Below are positions 35,104-47,842 of a stretch of DNA of 64,000 bases, piece by piece. The notes beneath the pieces were generated by a model. That model had not been told where the DNA came from. It saw nothing but the letters and a program-made list of their open reading frames with translations, and searched no databases. The first letter of the stretch is position 1, and each line of letters begins with the position of its first letter. Origin of the DNA: Amphiscolops sp. MND2022 (taxonomy: Eukaryota); the NCBI GenBank assembly GCA_964187785.1, contig OZ076413.1:42472001-42536000 (forward strand). Direction: 5' to 3'. A program made the position numbers and the translations under genes.

Positions 35104-38100
35104 ACATCAATAGAACTATGTGTCTTTCGTTTTCCTCTCGCTCAAATCTTCGAGATTTTCACTAAGCTGTAGAAATTATGTAGAAATTATCTTATTCAAT
35201 TGCTGTAAGTAGCTTATGTTTGTATGCATGCGTGATTGTCGTTAACATAAAACTTTCGTCAAAATTGTTTTGCATTTAAGCTAGATAATGACAACTCTTT
35301 GAGGCTTTTTTCTGATCTGAAATATGAATGATACTTGTGTGTACAGTCAGAGTACTTGTTTCATGTACAGGGTCATCTATCAAATTGGAATACTATAGCC
35401 CTCTTTTATTGAAATCCTCAATTACCGATGTCAACCCCTAAACGTTTATCATCAAAGATTTCGATATTGAAATGAAAAAGATACATTTTTCACTACTTTG
35501 CCATGAGCAACAATATTTAGCCGGCACTATGAAATATAAATCGACTACCAATGTGATTTTTAAAGTTTTTGATTTTTTGATCCCTTACTTTAAAATGTTT
35601 TAAAAGATCCCTTACTTACAAAAACCGTTTAAAAAGGCCCAGTTTTGCTTTCTGCAGCCCTTTTCCACTTGTCTTTGTTGTTTTCTAGTCGGAAGAAACT
35701 TTTTTTTACAAACTTTTGGTTCTGCAGTGAGAACTTGGCACACGTGCGTGAACTATGGGAAATGTTATCGATAAAAGCCATTCAATATTCAAAAGACTTT
35801 ACCAACACTTCGTGAACGAACAGCAAGAGTACCTATGTTCGAGTCCCGCACCGAACCAATTTTTATGCTTGCTAACGTAGAAGAAAGAGCAAATAGTCCT
35901 CCCTTTGTGCTTCCTCGGCACTATGTGACTTTTTTTCTAAATTTGTCAGAAGTTCCCTCAGTCTTTGCTGCAAGCATAGAGTCTTGCGAGCATAGTGAAC
36001 CTTGAAGTTTTTGACACTATGCGATTTGTCAAAGACATTTTTGAGAAAAACTTAGAAAATTCGAAAACACTTTTCCCGCAATTTTTGGCTTTTGAGACAT
36101 TTTCAGTAGAGGAAAACAGTTTTGCGAGTCCTAAGGGTGACATCTAAATATTTGTTTAGTCCTGTGGGACTGAATTGTGTTTTCTCAAAAACTGTGAAGA
36201 CCTACGGCTTTTTCCTCACTGTGCGCTTTTTTCTGAAACAATCCTCTTTCGAGAAAATTTTACCTACTTCACTTTTGAAACGTTTTCATATGCAATACAC
36301 CTTTTCGCAAACTTGAAGGGTTTTTGTAACGGCACCCTGTGATCGACAAAATTTTCGAAGTTTGACGATTTTCTGAAAATTTCGTTCAAAAGTGACGTGG
36401 CCCTCAAACATGAGTTCACGAGGTACCAGTCCCAAAAAATCATAAAGAGCGTGGACAAGCAAAGCCCGCGAGGCGGAAAAAAAACGACACGGACGGTAAA
36501 AGAAGCGTGTAAAACGTCACAGAACCGAGAAATCATAAGCCCATGCGCTAATTTCCACGGTGCCTATCGTAAATCAAACGGAACCAGCATGCCCGAGTGA
36601 TTGCAGCGCCCGGACCCAGGGTTGTGCCAAACCCAAGAACCAGTGCCATGCCGCCCAGACTGATTTTAGATTCGCCAAACTGGATTTTCATACCTCTTTG
36701 ATGTGTTTACTGAGTTGTTTGATGAATTCTTAACTCGAAAGCTACCTTTGTTAATGTTGATGTCATTTACGATAGATTCCCATCTGGATCATTTAATTCA
36801 GTTCTATGCAGCTTAACCCTATTTTTACAGGCTATTTACACAGTGGATACGAAAAAAAAGCGTATTTCATGTGACTAGTAGCAGTTACAGACCGGAACCG
36901 GTCAGAAAGCATCCCTAGAGACGGTTCTCCCTTCTCGGGACCGGCATTCCTTAGGAGGACAAAATGGACTGGAATCATGGTAATTAGTCCCGGATCCTGA
37001 CCCATGGCTTCAGTTCCTCCACCCTGTGTAGCGAACAAACGCTAAGCGCTTTTCACTACATTTTATTCGGATTTTTTTGGCTTTTCTGCAAAGCAGGTTA
37101 TTAATTGGCGAACTTCGTGAAAAAATGTACCCGAATATTAAAGTGACAAGTTTTTTCCTCCAGACCACACAGTTGACACTGAATGATCCATTTTTGAACA
37201 ATTTTTTGTGGGATAAAGTCTTGCCACTTGATCTAGGAGTTAGGTTTTTCGAGCCCACCGTCGTTGAAATTACTTGAACTTTTTGCATGCACTTTAATGT
37301 TGCTAGCAACTTTTCTGATGATTTCCTAAAATTCATACTGAAACATTATGGTAAAAAATATTTTCACGGTGTATTCGAATTTTATTAGGCTGCTTGAAAA
37401 TTTTATCAAAGTTTTGGCGGCAGTTTTAAGGTTGGGGACTTCCAGATCTCATTAAGAAACAGTTCATATTTTATGCAACTAAGTTGCTATGACCTTTACC
37501 GCCGTAATCAATGCAGAATAACTTATCGCGTAGTAAACGGCAAATATCAAGAGTCTTGTTTAGCGTGCTATTTGAGAAGCGGTGATCACATCAGATGAGT
37601 AGTTGAGAAAAAGAATGTGTGAATAAAACGTGATCGTGTCGGTATTGAAGTGAGATTTGTTTTCAAATTTACTTGCAGTATTGGAAAATGCAGTATAGTT
37701 GTAGAAGATTTACCGTCGTAATGTCACTGACGTTTCTACGTTTCAAAGAAAAAGTAGTTTGGATGCAGGCCTGCAGCATGTAAAGAAATCCAGCAATCTC
37801 GACTAGATAAGAATCTTTCTGAGGCACGCACCCGTCGCATTTCACGAATTTTTCTGTAATGAAACTTTCCATGACATGAAATTGTTTTTCAAGACAAAAC
37901 GAGTTAGGTACTGCCTAGTGGGCAGACTCTAAGCTATTTGTCATGCAACTTTCGATTGATAATATCAACGCTATCTCGGTATAAATTTTCACGGCAAAAT
38001 TTTTGTTTCTTGCTCCTAGCATACTTGCCCCTCTGTTACAACGAAGGTTGTCAAATGATCTAGTAAAAACTTTTCGGCAGACTTCAAGCGAAGCTCTGTT

Positions 38101-38394
38101 AGGACTCCACCCGGTTCACTGTTGCCATTTTACTTCAGGCCCAAGGTCCGAAACGATTCCATGATCTTGTGATTTTCTGCGCGAAAAGATCAGGTGTTTT
38201 CTTCAAGTCACCGTTTTTCCTGGCAAGATATTGCCAAGAATTGCAATATGTCATGGTGAGATCTTATCAAGACAGTCATGTTCCCAAAAAATCTTACCAA
38301 GAAGCCAAATATGGCAAAAAAAATATTGCGAACTGCTTGATATCGAGAAAAAGCAGAATCAGAAAAACATCATATTAAACTTTATGGAAAAATA

Positions 38395-38790
38395 ATCTGG
38401 AAATCACTCAAAACAATAAAACTAAACTTCACTGATTCAATTCTGGAATAACATCTATTAATCACTGAATTTACCTAAAAATCAGTGGAATAAGATCCAA
38501 AAGCACTGGAATAACATCCAAAACCCTTGAATTAAGAACTAGACCCACTGGAATTTTTATAAATCATAGGAGTAACATCTGAAAATTTTTGAAAATATTT
38601 CAAAAATCACTGGAACAAGATCTAAAAGTGCTGGAATAACATTTAAAACAACTGATTTAGAACTGAAACCATTAGAATAAGGACTAAATTCTCCGTAATA
38701 AATCGATCTTAAATATCCCCGAAATGACGATTTTTTGACAATTTCATCCTGAAAACCCATGAGAAGGTCCAAAACAACATTGTACTTTGT
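38395..38790. repeat. Degenerate ~20-bp minisatellite (actggaataacatctaaaa-like), continuing at 45431-45550 on the far side of the LTR insertion
   Basis: Repeated tggaataa(c/g)at(c/t) units on both flanks of the LTR element. Confidence 0.6.
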
Positions 38791-38796
38791 TCTCAT

Positions 38797-40422
38797 TGTC
38801 GCAGGCTGCCACCTGTGATCTTATTTTATTTTATGTCCCTTTGTGTCGTCTTGGACAGCCAGTCCGGTTGAATTTAGACCAATCAAATTGCAGTATTAGT
38901 ATGAGTGCTCTGAGTTAGTGCTTTTAATTAATGGACGCGATGGCCGTTCACCGCTTGTCAACTAATAAACCAGTACGTTTGCGGCAGTTGGACATTGAGT
39001 CCCAATTTAGATTTTAAGTGCTGTTAACTTTCATTTAAAGGCCATTCACGGCTGTCCACCTAAATAAACCTCTCACTTATGGCTAGTGGACAGCTAGTCC
39101 GGTTAAATATTAACCAATCACAGCGCAGTACGCTTGCTGAACACACCTATCTAGTATAGCAGTTATTTGTATTGTCGGTGTTATGGCAGTGGTACTACCA
39201 GCCCAATTTAAAGATGAAAGTGCAATATATTATGCAAAGATGCAACTAATAGTTTTGTACGACTATTAAGGTCTATAACAAAATGTTGCTACATACATAC
39301 ATGCATTTTCGTGGTTGAAATTCATTCATCGGAATTGTGCTGGACTTTCAGACCTTTCCCCCCTTCTCTGAAGCTATCTCAGACGGGAAACTAATTCCCA
39401 TGAATAGCCAGTATTATGTCGTCTATTATAGGTTACGGCCCTTGTGTCTACTTGCCATTCCTTTCCACATGCTATACATGCAGTTTAATATAAGATGCTT
39501 TACATGTAGTGTTATTAAACATGTTCCATTTAGACGGCCTGCAGGGCCACGTGGATATTTGTTGACGCTGTTACTATATATAGATATATATTGACTGCGT
39601 CATGTTGCTGCTATATTTAGAACTACGTCATTGTGTGTTTGTAAGGACACGCAGTCCTTTGTAGCCATTTTTAGAGCACTTGCTCTAAAATTAGATTGAT
39701 GATATCCTATATTTTGTATGTCATGCATATTTTAGTATAAATACTCGGGACTCCTAGTCCCGAGGACACAATTTTGATTTGTAACTCTATTATTGAGACC
39801 GATTGTCAAACTCACTTTATTTTACCATAAAAGAAGTAATTGACTTCTTTCCTTGCAAATACTTTCTTCAACAAGAAGACAAAAGACTGAATTAGACGTT
39901 CTAGAGAAATGGACACGATGTCCAATGATAACGACAGGGACATGATGCTTGGTGGAATCAATTCAAATTATATAGAAACGAAATTCGAGATTGTATTAAA
40001 TCATTCTCTCGGCCAAGGTGACACCGAGACCATTCTCACTTACAAAATTCCTTCACAGCAAATTGAGAATAGAAACATTGGCTGTAGAATTGAGACCACT
40101 AGGTCAGATAGACACTTAGAGTCTATGGAACTGTTATCAGAGGAATTGAATCTCAGGTTATCCCAAGTGACGGATTCACTTATGAACTTCCTACAAGTCC
40201 AGATAACTAGAGCGATCAATTCTGCCATCAATGATAAAATGGTCCCCGAGATACAATATATTATGGGTACGCTGTCTTCAGGACAGAGGGACACTGAGTC
40301 CGGTTCGTCACCAAATAATCAGGATAATACAGAAGGAACTAACGGGTTTATATCTAAAATTACAAAAAAGGACTCACGATCCGCGTGTAATTTAAGAGAC
40401 ACAGACGACCGTAGTCCTTACA
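38797..40422 (+). repeat. 5' LTR (1626 bp)
   Basis: tgtcgcagg...ccttaca; matches 43801-45425. Confidence 0.95.
39736..39764 (+). promoter_or_regulatory. Putative LTR TATA box followed by a 9-bp-stem hairpin
   Basis: tataaata at 39736-39743, then ctcgggact-cct-agtcccgag; CCAAT motifs lie upstream in the LTR. Confidence 0.5.
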
Positions 40423-40937
40423 TGGTGACAGGAGTTAACGACACCCAGCGACCAATTCCTGAGATCCTGACTGGACGAATCCACTCGGACCCGAACCTTG
40501 AAGTACAGGAATCGGTCCATAATGTCTCAATGGACACAACGCCACCCACACCAGAAAATACTATGCTTGAAATTCTTCAAAGTTTGCTGTCTAATAGCCT
40601 TGACACAAATAAAGCAGCTCAATGCGCATATTGCAAGGCGACAAACCATTTTTATAAAAGCTGTCCAAAACTGAAAAAAGAACGGAAAGTGGAGGACAAA
40701 AGTGACAAAAAGTCCCAGCGTCCAACATACCCTGAATGCCCAACGTGCAGTAAAACAAACCACACAGCCGAAAAATGTTGGAAAGGCGCAGGTGCGCATT
40801 TACGCCCCAAGAGAAGTAAAGCAAAAACAAAACCATCACCCAGACCAGGAGACGAGGCGTCCCCCAATATCAATGACAAACAGTCAAGTGCCACATCAGG
40901 CCATATTATCTCTCAGAAGCCAAATTCAAAAAACTAA
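39909..40937 (+). CDS. gag: Gag-derived ORF starting inside the LTR, with two CCHC zinc knuckles
   Basis: 342 aa; CAYCKATNHFYKSC and CPTCSKTNHTAEKC; the first ~171 codons lie in the LTR. Confidence 0.8.
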   Translation: MDTMSNDNDRDMMLGGINSNYIETKFEIVLNHSLGQGDTETILTYKIPSQQIENRNIGCRIETTRSDRHLESMELLSEELNLRLSQVTDSLMNFLQVQITRAINSAINDKMVPEIQYIMGTLSSGQRDTESGSSPNNQDNTEGTNGFISKITKKDSRSACNLRDTDDRSPYMVTGVNDTQRPIPEILTGRIHSDPNLEVQESVHNVSMDTTPPTPENTMLEILQSLLSNSLDTNKAAQCAYCKATNHFYKSCPKLKKERKVEDKSDKKSQRPTYPECPTCSKTNHTAEKCWKGAGAHLRPKRSKAKTKPSPRPGDEASPNINDKQSSATSGHIISQKPNSKN

Positions 40938-40954
40938 TTGCGCCACGACTCCAA

Positions 40955-41551
40955 ATGAATGAACCCATGTCAGAACGACATTACGTCTTTTCCAGTTACA
41001 AATACTATCGAAACTATCCACTTACAAATAATGAAAATGATCCGAACACGTCTACACGACGAACAGAAAACAACGTGTATACAATTTTGTGGGAATCAGA
41101 CTTTGATTTCAAATTATTCGAGCCGAGAAAAGAAAATTGGACCGACGTGGCTACACGCCTGCCGAACGACGACGCAAGTGGCGGTGTGGACCATTACGTC
41201 ATTGAAACTGAACGCAGCAGCGTACACGAAGATGAACGCTGCAGCCAGATAATTAGTGAAAATGACGTCACCGAGAATGAAATACAGCCGACACCGGCCA
41301 ACAACCGTGACGCGGCGTCCCCACCGAATAAATCGACTAGTAGGACGGAAAAGGAATATAACGTCACAAATGAACTGGACGATGCGGAAATTGTTCCGAA
41401 CGGAGGCGCAGATATTACCGTGCCCGGAATATCGGAAAATGAAGAAATTGATGAAAATACGAGTCCCAGAGGAGAAAATACAATCTTCAATCTAACCCAT
41501 CCCCAACTAACCTCAGGAATACAATCACTAGCCAGAAAATTAAATTGCTAG
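40955..41551 (+). pseudogene. Probable remnant of the integrase C-terminal tail
   Basis: Acidic low-complexity ORF ending near a frameshifted G-K-Y-N-L-like motif (gaaaatacaatctt, ~41474), echoed at ~63620 in the related element. Confidence 0.4.
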
Positions 41552-43800
41552 TCCCCTTTTCTCTATTCGCCCACGAGGACATGTATTTTATTTGGGACTG
41601 CTCTGACTATATCTTTTGACTTCTCATGAACAAATTATATCTTCGGACAAACACATCAACAAATGGACTCAGTGGCGAATAATACAATAAAAGCCACAAA
41701 CAGTCTGCAAGCACAATAAAAACAACAATTACAAAACCAGTTTGAAATACAACAGAAATGAATTAGAAACAAATGTACACTATGTACATTTAGGATTTAG
41801 ATGAATTTGGCCCAGTTTCATGTACAGACTCTGACGCGCTAACACTATCTTCAGTTGATGGACTAGGGATCAGTATGTCCGCTTGACGGCAAACTGGCTC
41901 AGCAGATCGCTCATTTGACTCAGCAGTATCTTCAGTCACCAGGAATCCAGTGAACTGCTGGACCTCATTATCTTCAGAATGTTGTGTTGGATTTCCTTCA
42001 AGTTGTTCTCAGACGACATGTCTAAATAGAACGAAATAAATTCAAGCGGGAACCTTCCTCAGTTAAAGTCCATTTACCGCATATAAAATCTCCGGAGTAG
42101 ATAGAATCGAACTCAAGTGAACACTTGTGTTATATGGACAGGAAGTACTTGAACAACATGAAGGCCTTGATCAAGCCTCTTCAAGTTCAAAATCAAAAAT
42201 CGAAACTAATGAAAGAAAACCTTCATAACAACACACCTATATGGATATCTGCTGGGAAAATGATGGCTGTTGCGTCTAAATTGAAAATTTCGGACTGTTG
42301 ATTGCGATTCCTGAAGAGAACAATCTGACTGTGTGTCACTGCTGAAAGTGTTGTCCGCAAATCCAAGAGAAAGTTGGCAAAGAGACCTTGAGTCCACTCT
42401 GATGGCAAGTGAAGAGTAGCAAGGCAAAGGACTGTGTTTTCTTCCAAAGAAGGTGAATAAGACGGGAACTGACAGAGAACCGCTAAGTGGGGACTCGATG
42501 TCGATTATCCGGGGCGAGCCCAAGGTAACCCACGGGAGTAAGGATGATTGCACAGAACGTCCCAAGAAGATAATATAAAAGAAGACTACAAGTAAAACCG
42601 ACTAGAAGACTGACTGTGGATTAAATACAAGAAGATTAAATGCGACGTTGGCTAAATACTGAGTAATATGAATGATTAATAAAGATATTGAATTGAGTGG
42701 AGAAATGGGCATTGTAACAAAGACTGACACAATGTCGATAAAGTAATTGGAGTTCGTGGCTATACAATTTATTGTCAAATTTACAGTTATTTGGACTTGA
42801 TGTCAAATACGTGTCAACTTATGGATTTTATCAAAATCTGTGAGCAGAATCTCCTGAGAAACTGAGTACAGCCATGTGCCGTAGACAGCCAGGCAGTAGT
42901 TGGCGCTTGGACGACAAGGCCTTATTATTACAAAACTATGTTGCTACTGTTTCCAGCGCTGTATTATTAATGTTTAAATGATTTTTGGCTTGGCGTGGTG
43001 GACCACAGGTCCAAATTTAGACTGATCAATCAGAAGCGCTTGTATATTTTATATTATTGTTGCTGTGATTAAATACGTGTACGTGCTCATTTAAGTTAAA
43101 TGGACGAGTAAGGCCATGCAATGTACACAGCCTGGCGTAGCGGACCACAGGTCCTTAATATAAATCACCCAATCACATGCCGCCATTCACAGTGCTCTTA
43201 TTAATTGTACGCAGTAAATAGAATTAAAGGCCACGCAGGCCATGCAGTATTTAGTTACGTTATAATAGGACGGGCAGCCATTGTGGCTTTCCTTTTTTTG
43301 AAGCGATGCTATTAATTTATCAATTTCTGAGCTAATATGAAGCAGTTGAAATGTATTTTAATCAATGCTTATCGATGCTTTGAAACCAGCCCTTGATGTC
43401 CCTTGGCCATTAACGTCAAGGACAGTCCACCAATCCCTGATATTAGTAAAATAGTCCCCCCGATATTTTATCCATTCACCTGTATTAAAGGACATGATGG
43501 CCATAAACCAATACCACCTTTGTACTCATGCAGATTATTATGTAACCATGTCACATGTATTATGGATGTTGCAACATGTTGTGGACATGAAGGCCATATA
43601 GCTTAGTGCTTCTATACATGTAAAATGTTCTCGTTACAGCATATAAAAGAATTGCAATGTGTTTCGGTCATCATTTGAGAGACCTATTGTCCTAATAACC
43701 AAAGTCGGACGGCACAGTAATCTATCAAGCGATGAAGACGACCACATGGACCGTGTCAGTGTGGGGTCAGCAGGAACGTTTCTACTTATGCCAGGGGGAG

Positions 43801-45425
43801 TGTCGCAGGCTGCCACCTGTGATCTTATTTTATTTTATGTCCCTTTGTGTCGTCTTGGACAGCCAGTCCGGTTGAATTTAGACCAATCAAATTGCAGTAT
43901 TAGTATGAGTGCTCTGAGTTAGTGCTTTTAATTAATGGACGCGATGGCCGTTCACCGCTTGTCAACTAATAAACCAGTACGTTTGCGGCAGTTGGACATT
44001 GAGTCCCAATTTAGATTTTAAGTGCTGTTAACTTTCATTTAAAGGCCATTCACGGCTGTCCACCTAAATAAACCTCTCACTTATGGCTAGTGGACAGCTA
44101 GTCCGGTTAAATATTAACCAATCACAGCGCAGTACGCTTGCTGAACACACCTATCTAGTATAGCAGTTATTTGTTTTGTCGGTGTTATGGCAGTGGTACT
44201 ACCAGCCCAATTTAAAGATGAAAGTGCAATATATTATGCAAAGATGCAACTAATAGTTTTGTACGACTCTTAAGGTCTATAACAAAATGTTGCTACATAC
44301 ATACATGCATTTTCGTGGTTGAAATTCATTCATCGGAATTGTGCTGGACTTTCAGTCCTTTCCCCCTTCTCTGAAGCTATCTCAGACGGGAAACTAATTC
44401 CCATGAATAGCCAGTATTATGTCGTCTATTATAGGTTACGGCCCTTGTGTCTACTTGCCATTCCTTTCCACATGCTATACATGCAGTTTAATATAAGATG
44501 CTTTACATGTAGTGTTATTAAACATGTTCCATTTAGACGACCTGCAGGGCCACGTGGATATTTGTTGACGCTGTTACTATATATAGATATATATTGACTG
44601 CGTCATGTTGCTGCTATATTTAGAACTACGTCATTGTGTGTTTGTAAGGACACGCAGTCCTTTGTAGCCATTTTTAGAGCACTTGCTCTAAAATTAGATT
44701 GATGATACCCTATATTTTGTATGTCATGCATATTTTAGTATAAATACTCGGGACTCCTAGTCCCGAGGACACAATTTTGATTTGTAACTCTATTATTGAG
44801 ATCGATTGTCAAACTCACTTTATTTTACCATAAAAGAAGTAATTGACTTCTTTCCCTGCAAATACTTTCTTCAACAAGAAGACAAAAGACTGAATTAGAC
44901 GTTCTAGAGAAATGGACACGATGTCCAATGATAACGACAGGGACATGATGCTTGGTGGAATCAATTCAAATTATATAGAAACGAAATTCGAGATTGTATT
45001 AAATCATTCTCTCGGCCAAGGTGACACCGAGACCATTCTCACTTACAAAATTCCTTCACAGCAAATTGAGAATAGAAACATTGGCTGTAGAATTGAGACC
45101 ACTAGGTCAGATAGACACTTAGAGTCTATGGAACTGTTATCAGAGGAATTGAATCTCAGGTTATCCCAAGTGACGGATTCACTTATGAACTTCCTACAAG
45201 TCCAGATAACTAGAGCGATCAATTCTGCCATCAATGATAAAATGGTCCCCGAGATACAATATATTATGGGTACGCTGTCTTCAGGACAGAGGGACACTGA
45301 GTCCGGTTCGTCACCAAATAATCAGGATAATACAGAAGGAACCAACGGGTTTATATCTAAAATTACAAAAAAGGACTCACGATCCGCGTGTAATTTAAGA
45401 GACACAGACGACCGTAGTCCTTACA
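43801..45425 (+). repeat. 3' LTR (1625 bp), containing ORF 44912..45448
   Basis: Copy of 38797-40422, preceded by the PPT and followed by the TSD. Confidence 0.95.
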
Positions 45426-46700
45426 CTCATTTCAGTTACAAGATCTAAAGCCATTGGAATAGGATTAAATCCTCTGGAATAAGATCTTAAAATCCTCAGA
45501 ACGATGACATTTTTGCCAATTTCAGCCTGTAAAACCCTGAAGGTCTTGGGATAATGATACAACTTGGCAAGATCTTAGTAAGAAGCTTACCATGGGATCC
45601 ATGGTTGCCAAGATGTAGTAAGAATTTGGTAAGATCTTGCCAAGACAGCCAAGATGCTAGTAAGAGGGTCAAACCGGGTAATTAACTCTTCAAAACTGAT
45701 GTCTCGATGGTTTGTAGCAAAAATTGAACCAAATCTCTCTTTTCTCTTAAAAGAAGTTCGATTGGAAAGCACATGAAAGCTGTTATGAAGCAGAAAAATT
45801 ATTGACTGTGAATCATTTCTAGTCAATTTAGACCTGCTAACTTTATATCTCAGCTAAGTTGTAAGAGATTGAGTACTTTTTGTTGCGAATAGTTACGAAT
45901 AACAAATTATTCTAACATCTATCTTTTTTCGTTTTAACACTTCAAAAAAGGTGGAAAATTGTTGATATCTTGAGAAATCCTACACATATTTTTGTCAAGA
46001 AAATTCTTTTGAAAAGTTTCTTTATAAAATTTCTTTCGAAAGTTTTCGAATGATATCAAAACCCCGATTTTTTGATTTTCATTTTCAAGTTTAATATAAA
46101 TTTCGAATTAATTTTTCAGAAGAATTTTTTTCAGAAGTGTGTGAAGCTTCAACGATTATCTGTCAATTTGTCTTCAATAAGCATAGAAACATTTACTGCA
46201 CCTTTGATAGAAAAATGATTAATTTCGCACGGGAATGTTTTTTTCGACCTTTTTCATATCTGAAAATGTTGAAAGCCGCTTGTTTTCCTTTGAAAACAGT
46301 TTGGCGAACGATGCTCTTGGGAGCGGTTTTATTAGAATCAAGCATCTCGTTGAAAATTGAAAGTTCTTTCATGTTATAATCGCCTCGGTCATTCTGTTCA
46401 GAAATGATGAATGATCCATCGATTAGGCATGTCATTTGAGAGCTTCTATTGCTGTCACATTTATCAACTTAAAAAAAAAAACGATTGACCTCATGAGAAA
46501 CCAAAAGCGTGCCTGTCTATTTTTTTTCAAAAAAATTTTCGCAGCATTGGTTGTTTTATAATTCTTGGAGACAGTTCTAAAGTAAGAAATGCTAAAATTT
46601 AAATAATATTTAAAACTGTGATGTTTATCCAAACAATTTTGTTGTTACGAAAAAGAGTTTTGTCGGAAACGAAAGTCATTGATCATCTTTTTGCGATATA

Positions 46701-47311
46701 CACTATGGTACCAAAAAGCTAAAGACGGCTAAAGTTGCAGACGAAAGGGTAATATTTCTTTGGATAAGCATTGGACCAAAAAAATCCAGGAGCAAAACTT
46801 CCTTCTTCAAATTTTGATCAAAATCACAACAGTTATTTTTAGTGGGCGCTTTTCGTGAAAAAACGCAGACTATAGCAGTGACTTTTCTTTTTTAAAATTT
46901 TTTTCAAGACCAACGAAGTGACAGATTTTATAAGCTTTATAAGCTGACTTGCACTAACACTAACACTTTATGTAAAAATTTAATTGTGTAAATTTCTAAG
47001 TAGAGCGTTTCCAGAAACAGTTTTAAGATAACAATGTAGAAAACAGAGTCAAAGGTACAAAATTTGTTGCTAGACGTTTTATTTATGACCCACAGTTTAC
47101 GAGATAATGCATGGTATATTTCGGAAAAGGCCGAAATCCGCAAAGTAATATAACTGATATAATTTTTCAATTTCAAAACAAAAACTACTGTTGTTATTCT
47201 CTATAGAATTTAAAAACCTTGTTTCAGAGACTTGTCAATTGAATCTATAAAAACGTACTAGTATTGCCTTTTGAAAGTTTTTGCTAGCTTTAGCTTTTTG
47301 GCACTCTAGTG
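46701..47311. mobile_element. MITE with TA target duplication
   Basis: Termini cactatggtaccaaaaagctaaag / ctttagctttttggcactctagtg flanked by TA. Confidence 0.7.
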
Positions 47312-47842
47312 TATCAGAAGTTTGTTTGCATGTTTTGAAAATTAGGAGGTGAAAGCCATTACGCAAACTATATAAACATTGGATATTCATTTTCTCTTTC
47401 AATTCTAAGTGGTTTGAATTGTGAACTTGTCATCAAACTTAGCAGATAGGGCAATTTGTATTCCTGCCCGGGACCAAGGCAAGATATAATTCCATATATT
47501 TTCATTCATGGAACTGCATACATCGGCACGCTGATTTCATACATGGTATCGTATGAAATGGTATGGCCATATGTTTGGATAGGTATGTAACCATTCGACC
47601 TAGATTACCAGAAATTTCGTCGTCGGTAATTGCTTCCTATGAAACGCTGTAGCATTCTAGCTTATCTATTAGGAATCGTCTTTTATTATTGAGTCTGTTC
47701 ATCTTGATTAAATCTAAACTCTAAATTCTGTTTTTGAGAGTAAAAGTTTCTAAACAAAATTTTTTACCACGTTTTTCTTACAATTTTTGAAAGTTGGTTA
47801 CTAACATAGTTCAGGCCTGAAAATATCCCGTTTCTCAATAAG

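Larger units (their letters stand above)
38797..45425 (+). mobile_element. Young non-autonomous Gypsy-derived LTR element (no PR/RT/RH/IN core)
   Basis: LTRs 38797-40422 and 43801-45425 (TG...CA, about 9 differences by eye); TSD ctcat at 38792-38796 and 45426-45430; PBS tggtgacaggagt at 40423; PPT agggggag at 43793-43800. Confidence 0.95.
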
